A DNA stretch of 32,000 bases from the NCBI RefSeq assembly GCF_000025925.1, contig NC_014033.1:2700001-2732000 (forward strand), written 5' to 3'. Every line of letters starts with the position of its first letter. Positions within the stretch are counted from its first letter, which is position 1. Position numbers and translations under genes: made by a program. The DNA is from Xylanibacter ruminicola 23. GTDB taxonomy: Bacteria > Bacteroidota > Bacteroidia > Bacteroidales > Bacteroidaceae. Shown here one piece after another: positions 22,339-31,435 of the stretch. The notes under the pieces are model-generated. The model was not told the origin of the DNA. It worked only from the letters and a program-made list of their open reading frames with translations, and ran no database searches.

Positions 22339-22829
22339 AGAAACTATTATTACTCTCACTACTTGCTTTCTCTTTGACGGCAAGCGCACAAACCAGCGAA
22401 AAGCCCGCCAGGAGTATCTCAGCAGAGTTTCTTGGTGCACACTTAGGATATGGCATCAACTACGACTCGCGATTTAAAGGTAACGAAGGTACTGGCTATC
22501 GAGTTGGATTAAGCTATTCCCATCTTTTTCCAGGACAAGACCAAGAAACGCATGGTGTGGCCGTCCCTTTAGAACTAAACTACCTCTTCGGTAGCAAAGT
22601 GTTGAAATTTGAGCTGGGAGGCGGTAGCACGGTTGGCTACTATCATACAAGAAATTTTGCGACAGCCCCTGATCACCCAGAGGAAATAAAAAATCGTATC
22701 GGTTTCATTCCATTCCTGAATGCTGGTATCAGATTACAACCTAAGCGTGGCCTAACACTACGACTGGGAGTTACCCCCATCTGGGCCATATTTCCATACC
22801 CCTACGTCAGCGTAGGCTATGCCTTTTAA
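22335..22829 (+). CDS. Small exported beta-barrel-like protein
   Basis: ATGA overlap with the upstream gene. Signal peptide MKKLLLLSLLAFSLTASAQ, Gly/Tyr-rich alternating strands, and a terminal ...VSVGYAF. Confidence 0.6.
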   Translation: MKKLLLLSLLAFSLTASAQTSEKPARSISAEFLGAHLGYGINYDSRFKGNEGTGYRVGLSYSHLFPGQDQETHGVAVPLELNYLFGSKVLKFELGGGSTVGYYHTRNFATAPDHPEEIKNRIGFIPFLNAGIRLQPKRGLTLRLGVTPIWAIFPYPYVSVGYAF

Positions 22830-22835
22830 ACAACA

Positions 22836-22858
22836 ATCCCCGCCTGTTGGGCGGGGAT
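22836..22858. terminator. Bidirectional terminator hairpin between convergent genes
   Basis: ATCCCCGCC-tgttg-GGCGGGGAT, a perfect 9-bp GC-rich stem. The minus-strand reading is followed by TTGTTGTTTAAAA, downstream of ackA. Confidence 0.7.
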
Positions 22859-22880
22859 CGTCATATTATTATAAGCTAAA

Positions 22881-24074
22881 TTACTTCAGCAGATTCATTG
22901 TATCGGTAGCAATCATCAGCTCCTCGTCGGTTGGGATGACAACAACCTTAACCTTTGAGTCATCGGCAGAGATGATGGCCTCTTCGCCACGAACGTTGTT
23001 CTTCTCGTCGTCGAACTTAACACCCAGGAACTCCAGGCCCTTGCAAACCTCAGAACGCATAGAAATCTGGTTCTCGCCAACACCGGCGGTGAACACGATT
23101 ACATCTACACCACCCATGGCAGCAGCATAAGCACCGATATACTTCTTAATACGATAGAAATACATCTGCTGAGCCAGTACAGCCTTAGGCTCACCAGCCT
23201 TAGCAGCGTTCTCTACGTCGCGCATATCGCTCGAGCCACCAGTGATACCAGCTACACCACTCTTCTTGTTGAGCAGGTCGCTCATACCATCAGCGTCGAG
23301 ACCGAGTTTCTTCTCGATGAAGGTAACAGCACCACCGTCGATATCACCAGCACGAGTACCCATTACCAAACCCTCGAGTGGGGTAAGACCCATTGAGGTA
23401 TCAATACACTTGCCATCCAGAACAGCAGCGATAGAACCACCATTACCGATATGGCAGGTAATCATCTTAGTACCCTCGGCCTTGATACCCAGGAACTCGC
23501 AAGCACGAGCTGATACGTAACGGTGAGAGGTGCCGTGGAAACCATAGCGGCGAACACCGTACTTCTCGTACAGATCGTAAGGGATAGCGTACATATAAGC
23601 CTTAGCAGGCATGGTCTGGTGGAAGGCGGTGTCGAACACACCAACCTGAGGCAGACCTGGCATCAGCTCCTTAACAGCATTAACACCCTTCAGGTTAGCA
23701 GGGTTGTGCAGGGGAGCCAGATCAGAGCACTCCTCGAAAGCCTTCAGAACCTCGTCGGTGAGGATAACTGACTTATTGAATTTCTCGCCGCCATGCACCA
23801 TACGGTGACCTACAGCGTCGATCTCCTTCAGATCTTTGATCACACCGATTTCGGGATCGGTAAGCAGAGAGAAGATAAACTTAACACCCTCGGTATGCTC
23901 GGGGATATCGTGCATAATCTGCTTCTTCTCGCCATTGGCCAGCTTCACCTTTACAAAGGCATTGTCCAAGCCTACACGCTCAGCACCACCACTGGTCATC
24001 ACGCTCTTATCGTCCATGTTGTACAGGGCGTACTTGATAGATGAAGAGCCACAATTCAATACAAGAATCTTCAT
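22881..24074 (-). CDS. ackA: Acetate kinase
   Basis: MKILVLNCGSSSIKY N-terminus, HRMVHGG, GFHGTSH and ITCHIGNGGS motifs. Confidence 0.95.
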   Translation of the reverse strand: MKILVLNCGSSSIKYALYNMDDKSVMTSGGAERVGLDNAFVKVKLANGEKKQIMHDIPEHTEGVKFIFSLLTDPEIGVIKDLKEIDAVGHRMVHGGEKFNKSVILTDEVLKAFEECSDLAPLHNPANLKGVNAVKELMPGLPQVGVFDTAFHQTMPAKAYMYAIPYDLYEKYGVRRYGFHGTSHRYVSARACEFLGIKAEGTKMITCHIGNGGSIAAVLDGKCIDTSMGLTPLEGLVMGTRAGDIDGGAVTFIEKKLGLDADGMSDLLNKKSGVAGITGGSSDMRDVENAAKAGEPKAVLAQQMYFYRIKKYIGAYAAAMGGVDVIVFTAGVGENQISMRSEVCKGLEFLGVKFDDEKNNVRGEEAIISADDSKVKVVVIPTDEELMIATDTMNLLK

Positions 24075-24105
24075 ATTTAATGTTTAATCTTTAATGTTTA
24101 ATGTA

Positions 24106-25116
24106 TTACTTCTTGGCGTCCATAGCCTGACAAGCGGTGATGGCAATCATGTAGTAGATGTCATCAACAGAGCAACCACGCGACAGGTCGTTTACAGGAC
24201 GTGCGATACCCTGTAGGATAGGACCGATAGCGATAGCATCGCCCAGGCGCTGAACCATCTTATAACCAATGTTACCTACCTCGAGGTTAGGGAATACCAG
24301 TACGTTAGCCTTACCAGCGATATCAGAACCAGGAGCCTTCTTAGCACCTACTGATGGAACCAGAGCGGCATCGGCCTGCAACTCACCGTCAATCTTGAGT
24401 GCTGGATCGAGTTCCTTAGCCAAACGAGTAGCCTCAACTACCTTATCTACTACCTCGTGCTTAGCTGAGCCCTTAGTAGAGAAGCTGAGCATAGCCACAC
24501 GTGGCTCAGCAAAACCAGCCACGCTCTTAGCAGTCTGAGCGGTGCAGACAGCAATCTGTGAGAGCTGAGCAGCATCTGGCATTGGGGTAACAGCTACGTC
24601 GCCAACTACCAATACGCCATCCTCGCCATACTGCTTCTGCTTAGAGATGAGCAGCAAACCACCACTTACACAGGTGATACCAGGCTGGCACTTGATAATC
24701 TGCAGGGCAGGACGCAGTGTATCGCCAGTAGTAGAGAGTGCACCATAAATCTGACCATCGGCACCTTCGGTCTTGATAATCATACAACCCAGGTACAGAG
24801 GATTCTTAATGAGCTTACGAGCCTCCTCGATAGTCATCCCCTTGCTCTTGCGAATCTCAGCCAGCTTCTCAGCAAGCTCTTCGCTCTTGTCGTAGTTTTC
24901 AGGGTCGATCAAGGTTGCCTTACCAATGTTGGTGAGTCCCTTCTCCTTAGCCAGAGCCTCAACCTTAGCAGGGTTACCAATCAGGATGATGTCGGCGAGG
25001 TCGTCGGCCAGAGCCTTATCGGCTGCACAGAGTGTACGCTCCTCTTCTGCCTCAGGGAGCACAATGCGCTGCTTATCACTTTTAGCACGCGCTACAATTG
25101 AACTTAATAGATCCAT
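24106..25116 (-). CDS. pta: Phosphate acetyltransferase (short form)
   Basis: 336-aa Pta-type sequence (RIVLPEAEEERTL..., ...VNDLSRGCSVDDI) immediately upstream of ackA. Confidence 0.93.
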   Translation of the reverse strand: MDLLSSIVARAKSDKQRIVLPEAEEERTLCAADKALADDLADIILIGNPAKVEALAKEKGLTNIGKATLIDPENYDKSEELAEKLAEIRKSKGMTIEEARKLIKNPLYLGCMIIKTEGADGQIYGALSTTGDTLRPALQIIKCQPGITCVSGGLLLISKQKQYGEDGVLVVGDVAVTPMPDAAQLSQIAVCTAQTAKSVAGFAEPRVAMLSFSTKGSAKHEVVDKVVEATRLAKELDPALKIDGELQADAALVPSVGAKKAPGSDIAGKANVLVFPNLEVGNIGYKMVQRLGDAIAIGPILQGIARPVNDLSRGCSVDDIYYMIAITACQAMDAKK

Positions 25117-25155
25117 AACTTTGATTTGTTTTAAAATGTTATATATATGAATTCT

Positions 25156-25938
25156 TTATTGTTCTAATTCTTTGGTGAGGATACTCTCCAGTTCCTCGGC
25201 CGAGAGACGCAGATGGAACTCGCCTTTAACAGCGACAGAGATACCACCCGTTTCCTCGGATACAACGATGGCCACAGCATCGCTCTCTTGCGATACGCCC
25301 ATGGCAGCACGGTGTCGCAACCCCAACTCCTTTGGGATATCCATATCGTGACTTACCGGCAGGATACAACCTGCGGCCTTGATACGTTTCTTGGATACGA
25401 TCATGGCACCATCGTGCAGGGGTGAGTTCTTAAAGAAGATGTTCTCGATGAGTCGCTGATTGATATTGGAGTCGATCTGATCGCCGGTCACAGCTATCTC
25501 GTCGAGTGGCATCGCACGCTCTATCACGATGAGCGCACCTACCTTGCCACGACTCATATTCATCGATGCCATCACAATAGGCATGATAATCTCCTTAAGT
25601 GCCTTCTTATCATCTTCGCCCACATCCCTTGATGTAAATAGTTTGGCAAATGCCCGCATACGACGGTGGGCACCTACGTTATAAAGGAACTTACGGATTT
25701 CGTCCTGGAAAAGTACGATGAGCGCGATAACACCCACACTCACCAGCTTATCAAGTATCGAGCCAAGCAACTTCATCTCGACCACCTGCGACACGAACAG
25801 CCACGTAATCACAAACATCAGAATGCCTATGAACACGTTAAGCGAACGTGATTCGCGCATCAGCCTGTAGATGTAGTAAAGTATCATAGCTACAAGCAGG
25901 ATGTCGATGAAGTCCTTTATGCCAAACTCGAAGAACAT
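25156..25938 (-). CDS. cdaA: Diadenylate cyclase (c-di-AMP synthase), membrane-anchored
   Basis: Three N-terminal TM helices plus a DAC domain with the motifs LHDGAMIV and RHRAAMGVSQESDA. Confidence 0.9.
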   Translation of the reverse strand: MFFEFGIKDFIDILLVAMILYYIYRLMRESRSLNVFIGILMFVITWLFVSQVVEMKLLGSILDKLVSVGVIALIVLFQDEIRKFLYNVGAHRRMRAFAKLFTSRDVGEDDKKALKEIIMPIVMASMNMSRGKVGALIVIERAMPLDEIAVTGDQIDSNINQRLIENIFFKNSPLHDGAMIVSKKRIKAAGCILPVSHDMDIPKELGLRHRAAMGVSQESDAVAIVVSEETGGISVAVKGEFHLRLSAEELESILTKELEQ

Positions 25939-25940
25939 GT

Positions 25941-26741
25941 TTATTTTGCGATTTGACTATTTAACGATTGCACCATTTTTACGCATTCTACGGCCTGACG
26001 TACATCATGCACTCGGAGGATGTGAGCCCCCTTCATGAGCGAGATGGTGTTAAGCACCGTAGTACCATTGAGCGACTCCATAGGCGTAGTACCCAAGAGT
26101 TTAAAAATCATCGACTTACGCGAGATGCCTACCAACAGGGGCAGTTCCATCACGTGCAGACGCTCCATCTGGTTCATAATCTCGTAATTCTGCTCCAGCG
26201 TCTTACCGAAACCAAAACCAGGATCAAGAATGATATCGCAAGCACCACAATCACGCAACTGCTGTACCTGTCGGGCAAACGACATCAGCATGCTTTTCAG
26301 CGTGGGCTGCTGCGACATTAATATATAAGGTACGCGTAAGCGCGACACTAACCGGTACATGGTCTCGTTGCCTTCGCTCACATCGTTAATGATATCGGCA
26401 CCAAACTCCTCAACCGTCATATGGGCCACATCGGGACGGAACGTATCTACCGAAATAATGGCATCGGGCAACTCACGACGGATAATCTTCAAACCAAAAC
26501 GCAGGCGCTCCATCTCCTCGGCCTCCGACACCTCGGTGCCACCAGGACGGGTAGAATAGCCACCCACGTCAATCATGCTGGCACCTTCGTCGATAATCTG
26601 ATGACAACGCTGCACAATTTCAGCCTCAGTCTGCACTCGGCTCCCTGCATAAAAAGAGTCGGGCGTAACGTTCAGGATTCCCATCACCTGCGGGGTGCTG
26701 AGATCCACTAATTTGCCTCGAATTTGAATCGTTTCGTTCAT
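25941..26741 (-). CDS. folP: Dihydropteroate synthase
   Basis: GILNVTPDSFY, DVGGYSTRPG and DPGFGFGKT motifs. Start moved to the ATG at 26741 (MNETIQIRG) because the TATCTTTG box at 26750-26757 lies inside the longer track ORF. Confidence 0.9.
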   Translation of the reverse strand: MNETIQIRGKLVDLSTPQVMGILNVTPDSFYAGSRVQTEAEIVQRCHQIIDEGASMIDVGGYSTRPGGTEVSEAEEMERLRFGLKIIRRELPDAIISVDTFRPDVAHMTVEEFGADIINDVSEGNETMYRLVSRLRVPYILMSQQPTLKSMLMSFARQVQQLRDCGACDIILDPGFGFGKTLEQNYEIMNQMERLHVMELPLLVGISRKSMIFKLLGTTPMESLNGTTVLNTISLMKGAHILRVHDVRQAVECVKMVQSLNSQIAK

Positions 26742-26749
26742 ATCGCCCA

Positions 26750-26757
26750 CAAAGATA
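26750..26757 (-). promoter_or_regulatory. -7 promoter box (TATCTTTG) for folP-cdaA
   Basis: Exact TAnnTTTG on the minus strand; 8 nt separate it from the ATG at 26741. Confidence 0.45.
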
Positions 26758-26800
26758 CACATTTTTTTTGGATTAAGAATCCTGAATTAAGAATTTTCAC

Positions 26801-26808
26801 TATCTTTG
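26801..26808 (+). promoter_or_regulatory. -7 promoter box (TATCTTTG) for murF
   Basis: Exact TAnnTTTG, 20 nt upstream of the ATG at 26829. Confidence 0.45.
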
Positions 26809-26828
26809 CACCAAAAATAACGAAGTTT

Positions 26829-28160
26829 ATGGATATTAAGGAACTATACAAGCTGTATGAGCAGCATCCGTGCATCACAACCGATAGTCGTGACTGCCCC
26901 GAAGGAAGCATCTTTCTGGCACTGAAAGGTGAGTCGTTTAATGGTAATAAGTTCGCCTTGCAGGCACTCGAAAAAGGCTGTGCTTATGCCATCGTAGATG
27001 AAGACGTGGCCAACGATCCCCGCATCATCAAGGTTGACAACTGTCTGCAGACTTTCAAGGACCTGGCCCGCGAGCATCGCCGCCAGTTCGATATCCCCGT
27101 AATCGGTATCACAGGCACCAACGGCAAGACCACCACCAAGGAGCTTATTGCCGCTGTGCTCTCACAGAAATACAATGTGCTCTACACCCAGGGTAACTTT
27201 AACAATGATGTAGGTGTACCCAAGACGCTGTTCCGTTTGAACAAGGAGCACGAAATAGCCGTAATTGAGATGGGTGCCAGTCACCCTGGCGACATCAAGA
27301 CGCTGGCTGAGACCGCTGAACCTACTTGCGGACTGATTACCAACGTTGGTCGTGCCCACTTGCAGGGCTTCGGTTCGTTCGAAGGTGTGATTAAAACAAA
27401 ATGCGAACTTTACGATTTCCTGCGCAGTCGCGAGGACAGTCTTATCTTTATCAATGCCGACAACGAGCACCTGATAGATCAGATTAGCGACGACGAGGAG
27501 ATGTGGTTATCACCCTACTCTACCGATCCCGACAACCAGTACTCGTGCATCAGCGGCGAGGTATTGGAGTGCAACCCATTCCTGAAGTTCCGTTGGCGCG
27601 AGCCTTTGATGGTACTCGAAGAAGAAGGTCGCAGCACCAAGTGGCACAAGGTACAGACCAAGCTGATTGGATCGTATAACATCGACAACCTGCTGGCAGC
27701 CATCGCCGTAGGTATCAACTTTGGTGTAGATCGCAAAAAGATTGTAGCCGCCCTCGAAGCCTACGAGCCATCCAACAACCGCAGTCAGATGACCGTTACC
27801 GAGAAGAACCATCTGATAGTAGATGCCTATAATGCCAACCCCTCATCAATGCAGGCTGCCCTCGAGAACTTCAAGATTATGCAGGCCGACAACAAGATGG
27901 CCATCCTTGGTGCCATGCGTGAACTCGGCGAGGTATCGGCCGAGGAGCACCAGCATGTGGTTGACTACCTGAAAACATCGGATATCAAGACTGTATGGTT
28001 GGTAGGCGAAGAGTTCGAGGACACCCAGTGCGACTTCCGTAAGTTTAAGGATGTAGAGGAGGTAAAAGCCGCCATCGCTGCCGAACAGCCAACAGGCCAT
28101 TACATTCTTATCAAGGGTTCAAACAGCACAAAGCTCTATCAACTGCCCGAACTGCTGTAA
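26829..28160 (+). CDS. murF: UDP-N-acetylmuramoyl-tripeptide--D-alanyl-D-alanine ligase
   Basis: MDIKELYKLY...TTDSRDCPEGSIFLALKGESFNGN and the GITGTNGKTTTKE P-loop of Mur ligases. Start set at 26829, downstream of the promoter box. Confidence 0.9.
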   Translation: MDIKELYKLYEQHPCITTDSRDCPEGSIFLALKGESFNGNKFALQALEKGCAYAIVDEDVANDPRIIKVDNCLQTFKDLAREHRRQFDIPVIGITGTNGKTTTKELIAAVLSQKYNVLYTQGNFNNDVGVPKTLFRLNKEHEIAVIEMGASHPGDIKTLAETAEPTCGLITNVGRAHLQGFGSFEGVIKTKCELYDFLRSREDSLIFINADNEHLIDQISDDEEMWLSPYSTDPDNQYSCISGEVLECNPFLKFRWREPLMVLEEEGRSTKWHKVQTKLIGSYNIDNLLAAIAVGINFGVDRKKIVAALEAYEPSNNRSQMTVTEKNHLIVDAYNANPSSMQAALENFKIMQADNKMAILGAMRELGEVSAEEHQHVVDYLKTSDIKTVWLVGEEFEDTQCDFRKFKDVEEVKAAIAAEQPTGHYILIKGSNSTKLYQLPELL

Positions 28161-28185
28161 GACATTGATCATTGAAGTTTAGGCT

Positions 28186-29073
28186 TTGAACTTTAAAGGT
28201 TGCACGCTGTGGGCAATTCTGCTGGGGCTACTAATGATTAGTTGCGGAAAGCAGAGATATCAAGACGAGAGCCTTGAGCAGAGTAATGGTGTGTACTACT
28301 GGCGCACCGACTTGCATCTCGATTCTACCGAGCGTGCCTTCTTAAAGCAACACCATATTAATAAGGTATATTGCAGATATTTTGATGTAGTGATGAGCGA
28401 TGATGGCACTGAGCCCAAGCCCAATGCCACCATCGCTTTTACTGATACGTTACCAGCCGGCATCGAGCTCATACCCACCGTTTATATTACCGAGGACTGT
28501 ATGCAAAAGCCCCACAAGGACCTGGCCGAAAAACTGGTGAAACGCATTATGCAGATGAACGAGACCAACCACATCGGCAACGTTCACGAGATACAGATTG
28601 ACTGCGATTACACCTCAAAAAGTCGCGCCACCTATTATCAGTTCCTCGAAACCATCAAATCACAACTGTCAACTATCCACTATCAATTGTCAACTACCAT
28701 CCGACTGCACCAGCTATCAATGCCCGTGCCACCTGTGGATTATGGTGTGCTGATGGTTTACAACACGGGCGATCCACGTAAGTGGCAGGAACGGAATCCC
28801 ATTCTCGACTATCGCGATGTGTATCCATACCTTAACAAGCTGGCCCAGTATCAGTTACCCCTTGCTGCAGCCTACCCCGTTTACCAATGGATACGCAACA
28901 TACAGAACGTAAGGATAGAGCATACCATTGAGGCGGCCGAGCTATTGAAAGTAAAGAAAACCTTAGAAAAAGAGCGCCCCTGCCTAAGCAAGGCTGTCAT
29001 TACCTATCATTTGGAAACAGATAACATTAACAGATATAAGACCGAGACCTATGAAGAGATTTATCATCATTAG
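28186..29073 (+). CDS. Hypothetical lipoprotein
   Basis: TTG start as in the track. Signal peptide plus lipobox (LLGLLMISCG). No family recognised. Confidence 0.55.
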   Translation: MNFKGCTLWAILLGLLMISCGKQRYQDESLEQSNGVYYWRTDLHLDSTERAFLKQHHINKVYCRYFDVVMSDDGTEPKPNATIAFTDTLPAGIELIPTVYITEDCMQKPHKDLAEKLVKRIMQMNETNHIGNVHEIQIDCDYTSKSRATYYQFLETIKSQLSTIHYQLSTTIRLHQLSMPVPPVDYGVLMVYNTGDPRKWQERNPILDYRDVYPYLNKLAQYQLPLAAAYPVYQWIRNIQNVRIEHTIEAAELLKVKKTLEKERPCLSKAVITYHLETDNINRYKTETYEEIYHH

Positions 29074-31105
29074 CCTTTTATGTGTACTCGCCATGCCCAT
29101 GATGGCATGCTTGTGGTGGGACACCACCAACTCCTATCTGTTCAGCATGTACGAGCAGAAGAACTTTAAGAACCGTGTGGAGCGTATCTGCAACGACAAC
29201 TGGAAAGCCTATCTCGGATCTACCGAGGAGTACTTCTGGTTTAATGCCGACGATGCCATCAAGGCCGCCCGAAAGAAAGGCGATGTCCTGATGGTGAGCT
29301 ACCTACAGAACCTGAAGAAATACCTGAACTGCGTAGATATTGAACAGCGCAAGCAATACGAGTGGAACTACCCCACTCCTCAGGACATAAACGCCCAGAA
29401 ACGCGACCTGCAAACGGTACGCACCTATGCCATTGGCAAAACCAAGACCAAACTGCGCTCGCAGCATGCCCTGCTCTATATGCGCTGCAACATGATATTG
29501 GGTCGCCATCAGGACAACATTAACTTCTGGGAGCAAACAGCCAGCAAGTTCATCGAGACCGTATATAAGGATATGATGAAGAACATCTATGCCGGTGCCC
29601 TGTATAAGAGCGGTCGCACAGCCGAAGCTGGCGAGATGTTTGCCGAGATGGACGACTACGAGAGTTTGATGACCATCTATTATAAGAAACGCTCGTTCCA
29701 GGCCATCAGTCAGCAATACCAGCAGAACCCCAATGCCAAGGTGCTGCCATTCCTGTTGCAGGACTTTGTAAACAATGCTCAGGAAGCTGAAGATGCCAAG
29801 ACCGAAGGAGCTTTGGGCGGTAAGCTCTTTATCCGCGACATCAACCAGCAGGAGTCGGCTCAGATGCAGCAGTTCTGTCAGAAAGTGGTACGCGAAGGTA
29901 AAACCGAAACACCCATTATGTGGCAGAGTGCGAAGGCCTGGCTCGAATACCTGGCAGGCAAGAAACAGGAAGCCCTGAAAGACATCAACACCGCCATGCA
30001 AATGGAAGGTACCCAGCGTATGAAGGATAATGCCCGCGTGTTGAAATTCTTCATGACTACCGCCACAGCTAAACCCAGCGACAGTTTTGACACGTATTTT
30101 ACCGAAGAGCTGACATGGATGCAGTCTAAACAGCAAACAGCCGACGGATTCTTTGACAGTGCATTGCGACGAATCTCGTATCAGGCTATCGTGCCCCACT
30201 ATCAGAACAAACCCGAGCAGCAGTTGGCGCTGATGATTATCACCAACAACACCGATTACATCGAGCGTATGGAAACCATGCCTGTGGCCGACCTGGAGAA
30301 GTTTTTCTATTACACCAAGACACCAGGCGACAAGCCCTTCGACCAGTTCCTGCAGCGCCAGTTCCAGATTAACGATTCATCGTACATCGAGCTCATCGGC
30401 ACCAAGTACATGCGCTTAGCCAAATGGGACAAAGCCATCGAGTGGCTCAGCAAACTGCCCCTGACATACTTTAACTATCACCACAGTCAGGAGTACCTTT
30501 ATTATTCTACAGCACGCAAGTACGATGTTGAACCTTGGATAACACGCCAGTGGCTTGATAGCAGCAATGCCTACAAGCGCGAGCAGAAGTGGAACAAAAA
30601 CATCAAACTCGAATTCTGTAAGGAGATGCAGACCATGGAAAGTTCGCTGAACCTATTGCAAGACAAAGCTCTCGACCAGCGTTATTACGACCTGGCCGTA
30701 CGCTATGCCCAAGCCAGTTTGAAGGGCGACTGCTGGTGGCTGCTCCGCAGCTCGAAGAACATCTACGACTCGGTACGTGTAAACGAGATTGACTTTGGCG
30801 CTAAAGCTGCGGAGCTGTTGCAGAAGACAACCATGACAAAGGATAAGAACCTGAAGTTGAAGGCTATGTTTGCCATGGGCTGGCAGGAACTCTATAACGC
30901 CACACCAGGTGCCAAGCTGTGGACCAGCAATGAATGGAACGAGCAGGCAGCCGACTATATCAGGCAGTATAACCGCGAATCGTGGCAGTTCCGCGCCTTC
31001 CAGAATCTGTACAATATGGTTGAGAATATGACCAACAAACCAGCGTACATTACCAAGTGCGATGAGTACGACCAGTTCCGTCAATACTACAGTAAGCATA
31101 AATAA
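29051..31105 (+). CDS. Hypothetical exported helical protein (684 aa)
   Basis: Signal peptide MKRFIIISLLCVLAMPMMAC and a helix-rich composition. Overlaps the upstream gene by 23 nt. No family recognised. Confidence 0.6.
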   Translation: MKRFIIISLLCVLAMPMMACLWWDTTNSYLFSMYEQKNFKNRVERICNDNWKAYLGSTEEYFWFNADDAIKAARKKGDVLMVSYLQNLKKYLNCVDIEQRKQYEWNYPTPQDINAQKRDLQTVRTYAIGKTKTKLRSQHALLYMRCNMILGRHQDNINFWEQTASKFIETVYKDMMKNIYAGALYKSGRTAEAGEMFAEMDDYESLMTIYYKKRSFQAISQQYQQNPNAKVLPFLLQDFVNNAQEAEDAKTEGALGGKLFIRDINQQESAQMQQFCQKVVREGKTETPIMWQSAKAWLEYLAGKKQEALKDINTAMQMEGTQRMKDNARVLKFFMTTATAKPSDSFDTYFTEELTWMQSKQQTADGFFDSALRRISYQAIVPHYQNKPEQQLALMIITNNTDYIERMETMPVADLEKFFYYTKTPGDKPFDQFLQRQFQINDSSYIELIGTKYMRLAKWDKAIEWLSKLPLTYFNYHHSQEYLYYSTARKYDVEPWITRQWLDSSNAYKREQKWNKNIKLEFCKEMQTMESSLNLLQDKALDQRYYDLAVRYAQASLKGDCWWLLRSSKNIYDSVRVNEIDFGAKAAELLQKTTMTKDKNLKLKAMFAMGWQELYNATPGAKLWTSNEWNEQAADYIRQYNRESWQFRAFQNLYNMVENMTNKPAYITKCDEYDQFRQYYSKHK

Positions 31106-31131
31106 GGGATTTAGTAAAAATTATCCCTTTT
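31104..31131 (+). terminator. Possible terminator (AAGGGAT-12 nt-ATCCCTT then TT)
   Basis: 7-bp stem immediately after the stop at 31105, followed only by a short T-run. Confidence 0.35.
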
Positions 31132-31157
31132 CGTGCACGTATTTCAAAAAATAGATG

Positions 31158-31165
31158 TACCTTTG
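31158..31165 (+). promoter_or_regulatory. -7 promoter box (TACCTTTG) for tRNA-Pro
   Basis: Exact TAnnTTTG, 31 nt upstream of the tRNA 5-prime end. Confidence 0.45.
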
Positions 31166-31195
31166 CAGGCGATTCTTCGGAATCACCCGCAAAAT

Positions 31196-31268
31196 CGGGA
31201 TGTAGCGCAGTTGGTAGCGCACTACGTTCGGGACGTAGGGGTCGGGCGTTCGAGTCGCCTCATCCCGA
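31196..31268 (+). tRNA. tRNA-Pro (anticodon CGG)
   Basis: Hand-folded cloverleaf. Acceptor CGGGATG/CATCCCG, D stem GCGC/GCGC, anticodon stem CTACG/CGTAG with loop TTCGGGA (U33, CGG, G37), T arm GGGCG-TTCGAGT-CGCCT, discriminator A. CCA is not encoded. Confidence 0.85.
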
Positions 31269-31386
31269 CCTAGAGCAAGAGAGGTGACTGTGTAAAACGG
31301 CCACCTTTTTTATGGCTTTATGTATAAATTTTCGTCCAGAAATGCATTTTTTTGCGTTTTTCCTTGGATATTCCGCTAAAATTGAA

Positions 31387-31394
31387 TAAATTTG
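31387..31394 (+). promoter_or_regulatory. -7 promoter box (TAAATTTG) for korA
   Basis: Exact TAnnTTTG, 42 nt upstream of the ATG at 31436. Confidence 0.4.
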
Positions 31395-31435
31395 CACCCC
31401 GTAAGTTAGAAACGTTAGAAACAAAACTGAATATT

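Noticed and set aside
24075-24105. AT-rich tandem heptamers (TTTAATG / TTTAATC) in the 31-nt pta-ackA spacer
   Set aside because: It is very short and simple, lying between two co-transcribed genes. It is most simply an AT-rich, unstructured translation-initiation region, with no evidence of more.
28663-28704. Imperfect in-frame direct repeat CAAYTGTCAACTAYC x2 (QLSTI / QLSTT) inside the hypothetical lipoprotein gene
   Set aside because: Only ~15 nt repeat with two mismatches. This is probably a small ancient duplication or chance, with no functional inference possible.
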